This document shows, in pieces, positions 8,066-17,579 of a DNA stretch of 64,000 nt; position 1 is the first letter of the stretch, and each line of letters starts with the position of its first letter. The notes below the pieces were generated by a model. That model was not told where the DNA came from. It worked only from the letters and a program-made list of their open reading frames with translations, and ran no database searches. Source of the stretch: an uncultured Cellvibrionales bacterium (GTDB lineage: Bacteria; Pseudomonadota; Gammaproteobacteria; Pseudomonadales; Porticoccaceae); contig CAXAJC010000001.1 of assembly GCA_963969005.1 (NCBI GenBank), positions 1,477 through 65,476 of the forward strand. The letters run 5' to 3'. Both the position numbers and the translations under genes were made by a program.

Positions 8066-8647
8066 TTGATTAGAATTCTTTGCACCACAGCAATCTTGTT
8101 GGGCTCTTTGGCAGGCTGCTCATCCACAGTTGTCCCGGCCAAAGTGGGGCCTACTGGCGAGTATATTGGCTGGCACTGTTCAGGAGATATTACCTCTGAG
8201 AGCAATTGGAACTGTGAACAGAAAACCTTAAAAGATGGCAAGGTTGTCACCGCTGCGGTGCCGCCCCAGGCAGCAGCTCCGGCAGCGCCCTCTAATCAAG
8301 AGCCTGCGCAAGAGGAACCTATTAAAGAAAACGCGCCGAGCCCGGTTACAGATGCTGCCCCTGCAGAGACCGTTTCTGCAAAGACACAGCCGAGCCTTCC
8401 AACCACAGGTTACAGCCTGCAACTGGGAGCTTATCTCAGCCGCCAGCAGGCCGAAGAAGTGGCAGCTGATATGGTACTTAGCGGCACACTTGAAGTGAGA
8501 GAGATCATGTCCCAGGGTAGGGCTTTTTCGGTTATTTTGCTGGGCCACTATCCCACACGCAGTGACGCAGAGGCTGCGGCTCAGAATTTAACCATCAGCT
8601 ATTGGGTTCGCTCTATGAGGTCTCTCGCTGATGCCGCGGTCGACTGA
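8066..8647 (+). CDS. SPOR-domain lipoprotein
   Basis: Lipobox LAGC, Pro/Ala-rich linker, C-terminal YSLQLGAY...LGHYPTRSDAEAA SPOR-like domain. Confidence 0.75.
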   Translation: MIRILCTTAILLGSLAGCSSTVVPAKVGPTGEYIGWHCSGDITSESNWNCEQKTLKDGKVVTAAVPPQAAAPAAPSNQEPAQEEPIKENAPSPVTDAAPAETVSAKTQPSLPTTGYSLQLGAYLSRQQAEEVAADMVLSGTLEVREIMSQGRAFSVILLGHYPTRSDAEAAAQNLTISYWVRSMRSLADAAVD

Positions 8648-9173
8648 AACTACTACAGACACCAGATTAAACACCTTTGCCACTGGTGACAGCAGCAGTG
8701 CCGGGCCGGAGGGCAATCTCGATTACGGACTACTTAAACAGCAACTGCAGGGTCTGATCGACAATGAGACTGATGCTGTTGCCAATCTGGCCAATGTCGC
8801 AGCACTGCTGTGGCAGGAAGTGCCGAAGATCAACTGGGTGGGGTTTTACTTGCTCAAACAAGAGCAGTTGGTGCTGGGGCCGTTTCAGGGCAAACCGGCC
8901 TGCTCTCGAATATCAATAGGAGAGGGGGTCTGCGGCACTGCAGCGGCCATGGGCAGAGCCATCGTGGTTGCTGATGTGCATCAATTTCCCGGGCATATTG
9001 CCTGTGATCTGGCCAGCAAGTCGGAAATTGTTGTGCCTCTGTGGCGAGATGGCCAGTTGCTGGGTTTATTGGATATCGACAGCCCGGTCATCGATCGCTT
9101 TGACTACCTCGACCAACAGGGTTTGGAGGAGTTGATGCAAACCTTACTGGCGCGTCTTGAGCTGCCACTATAA
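8631..9173 (+). CDS. msrC: GAF-domain free methionine-R-sulfoxide reductase
   Basis: INWVGFY, LGPFQGKPAC, GEGVCG and HIACDLASKSEIVVP with the conserved cysteines. Confidence 0.85.
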   Translation: MPRSTETTTDTRLNTFATGDSSSAGPEGNLDYGLLKQQLQGLIDNETDAVANLANVAALLWQEVPKINWVGFYLLKQEQLVLGPFQGKPACSRISIGEGVCGTAAAMGRAIVVADVHQFPGHIACDLASKSEIVVPLWRDGQLLGLLDIDSPVIDRFDYLDQQGLEELMQTLLARLELPL

Positions 9174-9200
9174 AAATTATCCTAATGCACTGAGGAGTTC

Positions 9201-10058
9201 GTGACCTTGAGAATTGGCAGTTTTATTAATCCGCAGCATATTTTTCGCGCTTTTAAATATGTTGTTTACCTTTTGGTAACGATCAATATATTTTTATTTT
9301 TCCAAGAAGAGTCGCTTGCTACCGCCCAGACCTTCAGCCAGGGCATTAATCTGGTGGATATTATTCAGGGGTTTGCATCGACTATAGATACAGCAGCCTG
9401 GGTGCTGCTGCTGTTACTGTTTGAATTTGAGACCTCGATTCTGGACGATCAAACCCTGCGCCAACCCAAAGTGCAGGCTTTTTTTATTACCCTGCGCACC
9501 TTTTGCTATGGTTTTATCCTTTATGCCTCCTATGGCTATATTTCAAAGATGCTGCTGTTGCACAATATTTCTCCGGTGGCCATAGCCGATCTCTGTAATC
9601 AGCTGGGCCAGGGATTCAGCAGCATTGTAACCATTGACGAGTATCCGCCACTGGATGCCCAGAGTTGCGTTACGCTGGCTAATCAGGAGCTCTATGGGCT
9701 AGACGGGGAGCAGGTGATTGGCAGCGCCTCTGACTGGACAGCTATTCAGTGGCTGGCCTGGGTCGATGTAATTAATTCTCTTGCCTGGATTGCGGTTGTG
9801 ATTATTTTGGAAATTGATGTCTGGCTGCAGTTGCGCGGTCGTCTTGAAGGGCGCTTTGTCAGCATTAGCCAGCTCATTAAGGTGGTTCTCTACGCAATAT
9901 TATTTGGTGCAGCTGTGTATTGGGGGCTGTTGGGCGACTTCCTTGATTTCTGGGATGCCTTTTTGTGGCTGGTGGCCTTTGTCTTTATTGAGATGAATAT
10001 CTTTCAATGGCAGGCGGAAACCAATGCTGAAACCAGCATTGGTGCCGAGGCGGTCTAG
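9201..10058 (+). CDS. hypothetical integral membrane protein with three internal repeats
   Basis: 285-aa ORF with about six hydrophobic segments, following msrC. Function not recognised. Confidence 0.7.
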   Translation: MTLRIGSFINPQHIFRAFKYVVYLLVTINIFLFFQEESLATAQTFSQGINLVDIIQGFASTIDTAAWVLLLLLFEFETSILDDQTLRQPKVQAFFITLRTFCYGFILYASYGYISKMLLLHNISPVAIADLCNQLGQGFSSIVTIDEYPPLDAQSCVTLANQELYGLDGEQVIGSASDWTAIQWLAWVDVINSLAWIAVVIILEIDVWLQLRGRLEGRFVSISQLIKVVLYAILFGAAVYWGLLGDFLDFWDAFLWLVAFVFIEMNIFQWQAETNAETSIGAEAV

Positions 10059-10483
10059 CCTGGAATAATCGCCAGAGTAAGTTTTGCCAAGCAGGTTAGC
10101 TTGTCTTCGTCGTTCTTCAGGCGTATTTCCCACACATGGGAGCGGCGGCCTAAATGTATTGGCCGTGCCGTGCCTGTTACCAGGCCGGATGAAACCGGTC
10201 GCAAATGAGTGGCACTGACTTCCTGACCCAGGCATTTGAACTTGCTCATATCAATAACATGGGCGCCGGCTATGCTGCCCAGGCTCTCTGCCAGCACTAC
10301 ATTGGCTCCGCCATGAACCACGCGGTAAGGCTGAAAAGTACGATGGTCCGCTGGCATGGTGCCAGTAATATAATCGTCGCCCACCTCAGTGACCCGGATA
10401 TCTAAATGTTCACCAATGGTGCCACTGTTCATCTTCCCGTTACACAGTTCTATCTCCGGTCTGCGGTGCCAAATGCTGGCCAT
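10055..10483 (-). CDS. hotdog-fold thioesterase (PaaI/MenI-like)
   Basis: FQPYRVVHGGANVVLAES and ARPIHLGRRSHVWEI motifs. Confidence 0.9.
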   Translation of the reverse strand: MASIWHRRPEIELCNGKMNSGTIGEHLDIRVTEVGDDYITGTMPADHRTFQPYRVVHGGANVVLAESLGSIAGAHVIDMSKFKCLGQEVSATHLRPVSSGLVTGTARPIHLGRRSHVWEIRLKNDEDKLTCLAKLTLAIIPG

Positions 10484-10496
10484 AATCTATCCTTTA

Positions 10497-12164
10497 TTAT
10501 TGTGTTTTAAGACGCTTGTGCTTCACTCTTGTGGGCTGAGCATCTTCGCCTTTGCGGGCGATAAAGTCGTCGTGATACTCGCTGTAGTTACCCTCAAAAA
10601 ACACCACTTCGCTATTGTCTTCGTAGGCCAGAATATGGGTGGCAATACGATCCAAAAACCAGCGGTCGTGAGATATAACTAGTACGCAGCCGGGGAAGGA
10701 AAGGACTGCTTCTTCCAGTGCGCGCAGAGTCTCAATATCCAGATCATTGGAAGGTTCATCCAGCAGCAGCACATTGGCGCCCTGTTTTAAGGTGTTGGCC
10801 AGATGCAGGCGACCGCGCTCACCACCGGACAGCTCGCCAACACGCTTCTGTTGGTCATTGCCCTTAAAGTTAAAGCGCCCGGCGTAGGCCCTGGAGGACA
10901 CCTCGTAGTTGCCGATTTTGAGAATATCATGGCCGCCAGAAATGGCCTCCCAAACACTATGGTTGTCGTTCAGGGCATCTCTGCTCTGTTCTACATAGGC
11001 CACCTTAACGGTTTCGCCAAGGGTAATGCTGCCGCTATCTGGCTGCTCTGTGCCTGCAATCATGCGGAATAAGGTTGATTTACCAGCACCGTTGCCGCCG
11101 ATAATACCCACCACTGACGCCTTGGGTATGGACAGGGAGAGGTCCTCGATTAATAGCTCATTGCCAAAACCTTTGCTGACGTTGTCCAGCACAATAACCT
11201 TGTCGCCGAGGCGCTCGCCCGGGGCAATGTAGATTTCATTGGTTTCATTGCGCGACTGAAACTCTTGGGAATTGAGTTCATCAAACCGGGCCAGGCGAGC
11301 TTTGTTCTTTGCCTGCCGCCCTTTGGGGTTCTGTCGCACCCATTCCAGCTCCTGCTTAATGGCGCGTTGGCGACTAATCTCCTGCTTGGATTCTGTCTCC
11401 AGTCGTTTGCCCTTAGCCTCTAGCCATGTAGAGTAATTGCCTTCATAGGGAATGCCGCGACCGCGATCCAGTTCCAGAATCCAGCCAGCGACATTGTCGA
11501 GGAAGTAGCGATCGTGAGTAACAGCTACTACGGTGCCAGAGAACTCTTCGAGAAATTTTTCCAGCCAGAATACAGACTCTGCATCCAGGTGGTTGGTGGG
11601 TTCGTCAAGCAGCAGCATATCCGGGCGCGACAGCAACAGTCGGCACAAGGCCACCCGGCGCTTTTCACCACCGGACAATGATGTGACATCTGCATCCCAG
11701 GGTGGCAGGCGCAGGGCATCTGCCGCTATATCCAATGAATGATCCAGATTGTGGGCATCCCAGGCTTCAATAATAGCTTCCAGCTCACCCTGTTTTTTGG
11801 CCAGCGCATCAAAATCTGCATCCGGCTCTGCATAGTCCAGGTACACCTGATCCAGGCCCCTGAGGGCGTCGACGGCCTCGCGCATGCCGTCTTCAACATT
11901 GCCGCGTACATCTTTAGCCGGATCAAGTTGCGGTTCCTGTGCCAGATAACCTATTTTGATACCAGGCATGGGGCGGGCTTCTCCCTGAATATCAGTATCC
12001 AGTGCCGCCATAATTTTTAGCAATGTGGATTTACCAGCGCCATTGAGACCCAAAACACCAATCTTGGCTCCCGGAAAGAAAGACAGGGACACGTCTTTAA
12101 GAATTTCGCGCTTGGGGGGAACAATTTTGCTCACCCTGTTCATCGTGTATACGTATTGAGCCAT
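10497..12164 (-). CDS. ettA: energy-dependent translational throttle protein, ABC-F
   Basis: MAQYVYTMNRVSKIVPPKREILKDVSLSFFPGAKIG, two ABC domains and the ELEWVRQNPKGRQAK linker. Confidence 0.97.
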   Translation of the reverse strand: MAQYVYTMNRVSKIVPPKREILKDVSLSFFPGAKIGVLGLNGAGKSTLLKIMAALDTDIQGEARPMPGIKIGYLAQEPQLDPAKDVRGNVEDGMREAVDALRGLDQVYLDYAEPDADFDALAKKQGELEAIIEAWDAHNLDHSLDIAADALRLPPWDADVTSLSGGEKRRVALCRLLLSRPDMLLLDEPTNHLDAESVFWLEKFLEEFSGTVVAVTHDRYFLDNVAGWILELDRGRGIPYEGNYSTWLEAKGKRLETESKQEISRQRAIKQELEWVRQNPKGRQAKNKARLARFDELNSQEFQSRNETNEIYIAPGERLGDKVIVLDNVSKGFGNELLIEDLSLSIPKASVVGIIGGNGAGKSTLFRMIAGTEQPDSGSITLGETVKVAYVEQSRDALNDNHSVWEAISGGHDILKIGNYEVSSRAYAGRFNFKGNDQQKRVGELSGGERGRLHLANTLKQGANVLLLDEPSNDLDIETLRALEEAVLSFPGCVLVISHDRWFLDRIATHILAYEDNSEVVFFEGNYSEYHDDFIARKGEDAQPTRVKHKRLKTQ

Positions 12165-12415
12165 TGGATTAATCGTCTGCTGTGGAAGAACCAGCGCGCA
12201 TTTTAGCTGAAACTTCTGTGATAAAGAATCAGCCAGGGCTAAAACAACAGCTCATACTCGATGTTATGCACGGCTAGCACTGAAAAACCTCAGGTTTTCT
12301 AGGATAAACTCAGTTTGCCAAACCGATACGGCCTTTGCATTGCCTCAAATATTATCGAATCTCTGTCCAATCCTTCCCCTGTTTAGACCACAACAATAAA
12401 GCCAGGGAGATAATA

Positions 12416-12607
12416 ATGCCTATGAAAACTTTGTTAGCAGCGATTGTTGTATTTATTGTCTGGTCGGCAATCGATTTTTTGATTCATAGCATGCTCTTGC
12501 AGTCAGCCTATCAGCAGGCAGATTATTGTTGGCGACATTAACATGATATGCATGCACTACTGATGTCCGCAGTGACATTAACCCAGATTGGTGGTATTTC
12601 TTTTTAA
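12416..12607 (+). pseudogene. truncated small membrane protein gene
   Basis: SD GGGAGA, then MPMKTLLAAIVVFIVWSAIDFLIHSMLLQ with in-frame TAA at 12539-12541. The frame continues HDMHALLMSAVTLTQIGGISF* and stops just before a terminator. Confidence 0.5.
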
Positions 12608-12617
12608 ATAAAAAGCG

Positions 12618-12641
12618 GCACAGAGGGGGTGCCCTCTGTGC
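12618..12641 (-). terminator. intrinsic terminator downstream of the saccharopine dehydrogenase-like gene
   Basis: GCACAGAGGG-ggtg-CCCTCTGTGC perfect 10-bp stem with a U-rich tail on the minus strand. Confidence 0.7.
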
Positions 12642-12659
12642 TTGGTCTCAGTTGCAGCG

Positions 12660-13892
12660 CTAGTCCTGCTTGTTAAATGACATGCCTGCATGTTGATTGA
12701 GGCGGTCGATTAATAGATCTCCCATGGCCGTCGCTGGCGTCCAGAAACCACCGGCCTTATCTTCCTTGGCCAAATCAAAGGCCAAACACAAACCTGCCTG
12801 AGCCAGCATCTTGGCTGTGCAGCCATAGCCCGGATCTCGATCACCCGTTACTTGCACGGCCATTTTGTCACCTTTCTGGTTGCTGCCCTGCAGGTGGATA
12901 TCAAAGTAGCCATTAAGCTGGTCTTGCAGGCTGGGGCCCTCACCTGGTTTAGGCAGGACAAATTTATTCATTAGATTGCGCAGGGGGTCAAAGATCATGC
13001 TGCCGGCAAATGCTCCCAGACCAGCAGTCAGGGCGAGGGCTTTTATTCGACCTTTGCTGCCATCTCCAGTGAGCATAGCTTCGCCATAGCTGAAGTCTTT
13101 GCCATAGGCCATTTTATTTAACGCATTAGAGCGCAGAACAACCCGGGAGTTAATCGCTTCCATAATAAAAGGACCAGTCCAGCTGTTGAAGTCATTGTCG
13201 TAGGTTGGCCCTTTGATAATTTGCTGCTTGATACTGTAGCTATGTTTCTCCGAGCACAGAAGATAGGGGTTGCCCATATCTTTGCGCACTTGAGGGTCTG
13301 CTTTGGCCGCAACAACCATTTCGCCCATGCTGGCGATAGTGCCTCCAGAGGCGCCGCCTTTCATGGCTTTAACCCGCAGTTTCACCGAATTAAAGTACTT
13401 GCCATACTTTTTCTTGCCCTGTTGTTGCAGAAAATGGGTACCCAGATCAGAGGGTATCGAGTCAAAACCGCAGCAATTAACAATGCGGGCACCGGACTTT
13501 TTGGCGGCCTTTTCATATTTGACGATCATCTGCTTGATCCAATAGGCCTCACCGGTCAGGTCACAGTAATCATTGCCATTTTCGGCGCAGGCGGCAATCA
13601 GCTCTTCGCCATAGAGTATGTAGGGGCCCACGGTAGAGACGATCACGCGGGATTTTTTGCACATGCTGTCAAGTGCGGGTCGGTTATGGGAGTCGGCGAC
13701 TATGATAGGCAGCTTGGCTGCGCCTTCCCCCAGGCTATCGCGCAGCTCATTGAGTTTAGCCTCTGAGCGGCCAGCGATGGCCCATTTTATTTTGCGGCTC
13801 AGGCCGATATGTTGAAACAGGTATTCAGTTAGGATCTGGCCCACAAAGCTGGTAGCGCCGAATATAACAAGATCAAATTTTTTAATAGCCAT
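12660..13892 (-). CDS. saccharopine dehydrogenase-like NAD(P)-binding oxidoreductase
   Basis: FGATSFVG Rossmann motif, AIAGRS, STVGPY, DYCDLTGE, CGFDSIPSDLG and GDRDPGYGCTAKML. Confidence 0.9.
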   Translation of the reverse strand: MAIKKFDLVIFGATSFVGQILTEYLFQHIGLSRKIKWAIAGRSEAKLNELRDSLGEGAAKLPIIVADSHNRPALDSMCKKSRVIVSTVGPYILYGEELIAACAENGNDYCDLTGEAYWIKQMIVKYEKAAKKSGARIVNCCGFDSIPSDLGTHFLQQQGKKKYGKYFNSVKLRVKAMKGGASGGTIASMGEMVVAAKADPQVRKDMGNPYLLCSEKHSYSIKQQIIKGPTYDNDFNSWTGPFIMEAINSRVVLRSNALNKMAYGKDFSYGEAMLTGDGSKGRIKALALTAGLGAFAGSMIFDPLRNLMNKFVLPKPGEGPSLQDQLNGYFDIHLQGSNQKGDKMAVQVTGDRDPGYGCTAKMLAQAGLCLAFDLAKEDKAGGFWTPATAMGDLLIDRLNQHAGMSFNKQD

Positions 13893-13959
13893 TACTAGTG
13901 TTTTTCCCCGGAGTGCTGATTTATAGTTGTTGCCATCTGTACTTTTGAGTGGCCCTTCA

Positions 13960-14592
13960 ATGCAACCTATTCTCTATTCCTTTCGCCGTTGCCCCTATGC
14001 CATGCGGGCCAGGATGGCGCTGCGACGAGCGAGTATAACGGTTGAATTGCGAGAAGTCAGTCTCGGTGACAAGCCACAGGCAATGCTTGAGCTATCAGCA
14101 AAGGGCACAGTGCCTGTGCTGTTGGCCAATAAACTGATGCTGGATGAAAGTCTGGATATTATGTACTGGGCGATGGAGCAGGCGGATCCGGGGCAATGGC
14201 TGGATGCAGATTTGCAGGCACGGACTGAGAGTTTAATTTATGAGAATGATGGCAGCTTTAAAACTCATCTTGACCAGTATAAATACTGGGACAGATTTCC
14301 CGCCCAGAGCCAGCAATATTATCGCCAGCAGGGCGAGACATTTCTGGTTAAATTAGAGCAGTTGCTGCAGGCCAATCAGTATCTATTGGCGGACAGGCCC
14401 ACCTTTGCAGATATTGCTGTTTTTCCCTTTGTGCGGCAGTTCGCCTTTGTTGATAAGCACTGGTTCGATACTTCCGGTTACAGCCAGTTGCAGCGCTGGT
14501 TGCAGGAGTTCCTCGAATCGCCGCTATTTATACAGTCTATGGATAAGCTACTCCCCTGGCAGCCCGAGGATCCACCGCGATTCTTTCCCTGA
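13960..14592 (+). CDS. glutathione S-transferase family protein
   Basis: LYSFRRCPYAMRAR, KGTVPVL, ESLDIM and ADIAVFPFVRQF. Confidence 0.92.
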   Translation: MQPILYSFRRCPYAMRARMALRRASITVELREVSLGDKPQAMLELSAKGTVPVLLANKLMLDESLDIMYWAMEQADPGQWLDADLQARTESLIYENDGSFKTHLDQYKYWDRFPAQSQQYYRQQGETFLVKLEQLLQANQYLLADRPTFADIAVFPFVRQFAFVDKHWFDTSGYSQLQRWLQEFLESPLFIQSMDKLLPWQPEDPPRFFP

Positions 14593-14658
14593 TCATTGCC
14601 AGATTACTCTGAACCAGACTGCTCTGACCCCTATGGCTCAGAGTTGTGTCAGGCTGGA

Positions 14659-17445
14659 TTAGTAAGCCCAATCAATCAAAATCTTTGCTCTGGCATCTGC
14701 AGGTGCATTGGCACCAGGTTGCAATAATCTAAAGTTCAACCCGGCCTCTGGAATATCGGCACCGCCAAAAGGCAGTTTTGGATTCTGGTATCTATTGGGT
14801 CGGCGATCACTAAATGAGCTGACTGGCGCAAAGCTCTCAGTGGACTGCAGCACTAACTCGCCGCCTTCAATACCGTAGATCTCAGTGCCATTGGCAAAAG
14901 GCTGCAGAGCAAAAGGTGCATCTGCGGAATGTCTGTTGCGCAGCACTCGATCATAGAGCCTGAATTGAGTATCACCATTGCGAATACGCAGATCGAACAA
15001 ACTGGTCACGCCCTTGTATTTGAGGCGCTCCTCACCGGGCAGCAATGTATTGATCAATGTGTAACCATACATTAACTGACGCTTGTTCCAGCTTATGGCT
15101 TCCACTGGCGGTTTATTGTTAACCAGTGATTTGGCGCAGCGCTGACGATCTGCGGCGCTGACATCGCTGGAGTAAAAAGCCATGGGCCGCTGATGACACA
15201 TTACATCGACAAAGGATTTCTGCAGCCAGGGTTGGGCACTTTTATCAAACTCGTAGAAGCGCCATCCATCGACATTCTTTTGGTACTGGCTGGGCACGCC
15301 GGGCAGATCAAACTCCTGGGGGTTGGCATCCACTAGCAGCAGGAACCCGCGGCCAGGACCAAATTGGGCTGGCTCATTCTGGCTCCACAGATATTCGCCA
15401 TTGTAGTACCAGGCCAGAACCCCAGGCCGGTAATTGGCATTAAAGGCCTTGAGTTCCCCCTGCTCATCAGGGAAGAACATAAAGCCAGGTTTGGCCAGAT
15501 TGGCATCATAGTTTTTGACTTTGCTGAAGTCGGCATAGGGGTCACGGTATTCCAGCAGATAATAATGGGGCACGGCCAGACGATGGTAGCCACCGGAGAG
15601 GGTAAATCCATCGCTCAGCCAGCCGGCCATGGAGCCGTCTTCAAAGTCTTCTGTATAGTCGATAGCATCGAGGCGGATATTATCCACCAGTGCGCCATCT
15701 TCAACAGCCGCACCGTCGGCAAAATAATGCAGACGCAAGCTGACTTGTTGGCCCCGGTAGGCCTCCAGATCAAATTGCGCATTGACCCATAGTGCAGTTT
15801 CACAGGGGTCAGCAATATTCTGGCCGACGCGGTCTTCTGCCAGAGCTTTATCAACCATCGGGTCGCAGCCCTGGGCAGTTTCCACCTTGCCGTCGCCATC
15901 CATATCGCCGGAGCGTCCGGTCAGGCCGGGAATAGAGCCGGCACCCTCATGGCCTTTTTGCGAGGGCATAACAGAGCTGCGGTCGGCAGGATTATCTTTA
16001 TCTATGGGCATTAGGCGCTGATACTCGGCACCTTCAGTTTTGGCCTCTATATACAAATAGTCCCAGTCGGCTTCAATCTTAAACCAGCTATCAAAGCTCA
16101 GTATCAATGGCTCATCCTCTGCTACCTCGGTGAGATCAAAGGATCTGGTCAGGTAACGATTCATATCATTACCCTGGCCTGTATAGATGGCCTGCTTGCC
16201 CTGAGCCTGTCCCAATGGGCCCAGATTTAGCTCGCGAAACTTGGGTGGCAATACCACCATAGCAGCATCACAGAGACCTGGTACCAGCTCCTCTGCCGAT
16301 TTATTGGACCATTGATTCATGGTTTTTAAATACAATGACTGGCGCTTGCTGCCGCCAAATTGCTGGGGCCGCACCACACAGGGTTTAATCCAGCCCAGCA
16401 TCATTCTCGACCAGGCACTCATCTCCTGGGGCTCTGGTGAGCTGGTGGAAGACATCACCTCCCAGGAAGCGGTGGAATTATTAGTCGAGCGAGCATAGAG
16501 ATCCGGCAGGCCAAGGCTGTGGCCAAACTCATGGATAAAGGTCGACACCTCAGTATATTCGGACTGCATATTGTAGTCGTATACCCACAGGCCATCGGCA
16601 ATCTTGATGCCACCGCGGCCATGAACCAGGCCCTCAACCTCCGGACCTTTACCAATATCATTGGTTAACGAACTGCGGTGAGGCCAGATGCGGTCTGCGC
16701 ATTGCTGCTCGGCAATGGGAAGGGAATCAAAAATATCAGCGCCGGCATTGACGGTAAATTTCTCACTGAGCTTGTAAAGACCCTGACAGGACGACTGGCC
16801 TTTGCCTGCATAGACGACCACCAGATGATCCAGATAGCCATCTGGCTCGTCGCGGTTGCCGTCGCCATCGTAGTCTGTAGGGTCCCAGCGATCATAATCC
16901 AGCCAGGGAAAATCCGGGTTTTGGTTGTAGGCCACTGCTAATGCGTCGGACACCAGTTTCTCCGCATTGCTGTCATTACGCCAGCTGCCATCGCTGTTTT
17001 GCACTGGGCGGCCATAGTTGGACAGAGGCTTGTCGACCTGAACCACAGGCAGCACAGTACCTGTCACATGGTACTGGCCCTTGGACTGGTGGCGGTAATA
17101 ATGGGAGAGGGTATTGATTTTGGGTTTTTTAATGGAGCCTGCGAACAGCAGTTTCTGCAGGTAGTCGCGGTTCTTTTTGTCCTGACGCTTATCTTCGGCA
17201 AAGCGGTCATAGCCCAGATCGGCAAACTCTACACTGATTACCAGCAGCTGATGGGGGCGCTTGGCTCCGGCTAATACTGGTGTAATCGAATCAGTTTTTA
17301 TCTGTGGATTGCCCAGCTTATCGAACTTAAACTGGGTCAAATTTTCAATCAGCTGCTGACCCTGTTGGTCGGCCGCAAGGCCAGCAGTGCTGAATATTAG
17401 TAAGCAAAAGGCAATCGCCAGTTTATTGACGCAGTTAACGTGCAT
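14659..17445 (-). CDS. M6-family secreted zinc metalloprotease (immune inhibitor A / PrtV-like)
   Basis: Signal peptide after ATG 17445 (SD AGGAGA). HEFGHSLGLPDLY zinc motif at 16519-16533. InhA-type inserted domain (FKIEADWDY, DLEAYRGQQVSLRLHY) and DxDGDG loops. Confidence 0.88.
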   Translation of the reverse strand: MHVNCVNKLAIAFCLLIFSTAGLAADQQGQQLIENLTQFKFDKLGNPQIKTDSITPVLAGAKRPHQLLVISVEFADLGYDRFAEDKRQDKKNRDYLQKLLFAGSIKKPKINTLSHYYRHQSKGQYHVTGTVLPVVQVDKPLSNYGRPVQNSDGSWRNDSNAEKLVSDALAVAYNQNPDFPWLDYDRWDPTDYDGDGNRDEPDGYLDHLVVVYAGKGQSSCQGLYKLSEKFTVNAGADIFDSLPIAEQQCADRIWPHRSSLTNDIGKGPEVEGLVHGRGGIKIADGLWVYDYNMQSEYTEVSTFIHEFGHSLGLPDLYARSTNNSTASWEVMSSTSSPEPQEMSAWSRMMLGWIKPCVVRPQQFGGSKRQSLYLKTMNQWSNKSAEELVPGLCDAAMVVLPPKFRELNLGPLGQAQGKQAIYTGQGNDMNRYLTRSFDLTEVAEDEPLILSFDSWFKIEADWDYLYIEAKTEGAEYQRLMPIDKDNPADRSSVMPSQKGHEGAGSIPGLTGRSGDMDGDGKVETAQGCDPMVDKALAEDRVGQNIADPCETALWVNAQFDLEAYRGQQVSLRLHYFADGAAVEDGALVDNIRLDAIDYTEDFEDGSMAGWLSDGFTLSGGYHRLAVPHYYLLEYRDPYADFSKVKNYDANLAKPGFMFFPDEQGELKAFNANYRPGVLAWYYNGEYLWSQNEPAQFGPGRGFLLLVDANPQEFDLPGVPSQYQKNVDGWRFYEFDKSAQPWLQKSFVDVMCHQRPMAFYSSDVSAADRQRCAKSLVNNKPPVEAISWNKRQLMYGYTLINTLLPGEERLKYKGVTSLFDLRIRNGDTQFRLYDRVLRNRHSADAPFALQPFANGTEIYGIEGGELVLQSTESFAPVSSFSDRRPNRYQNPKLPFGGADIPEAGLNFRLLQPGANAPADARAKILIDWAY

Positions 17446-17579
17446 TTGATTCTCCTGACCGGGCGTTGAAATTGGTATGATTGTCGCTAAACCTATAGAT
17501 AGGATTATGACCTGTGATATTCGTTCTGTGCAATGCCCTGTCACCTTGTCTATAACCACCGCTGCTATTAAGACTGATT

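Noticed and set aside
12282-12300. Short palindrome AAAACCT-C-AGGTTTT upstream of ettA
   Set aside because: A 7-bp arm is too short to assign to a regulator without comparative data.
12539-12541. In-frame stop as possible selenocysteine or pyrrolysine recoding
   Set aside because: The codon is TAA, not TGA or TAG, and no SECIS-like hairpin follows.
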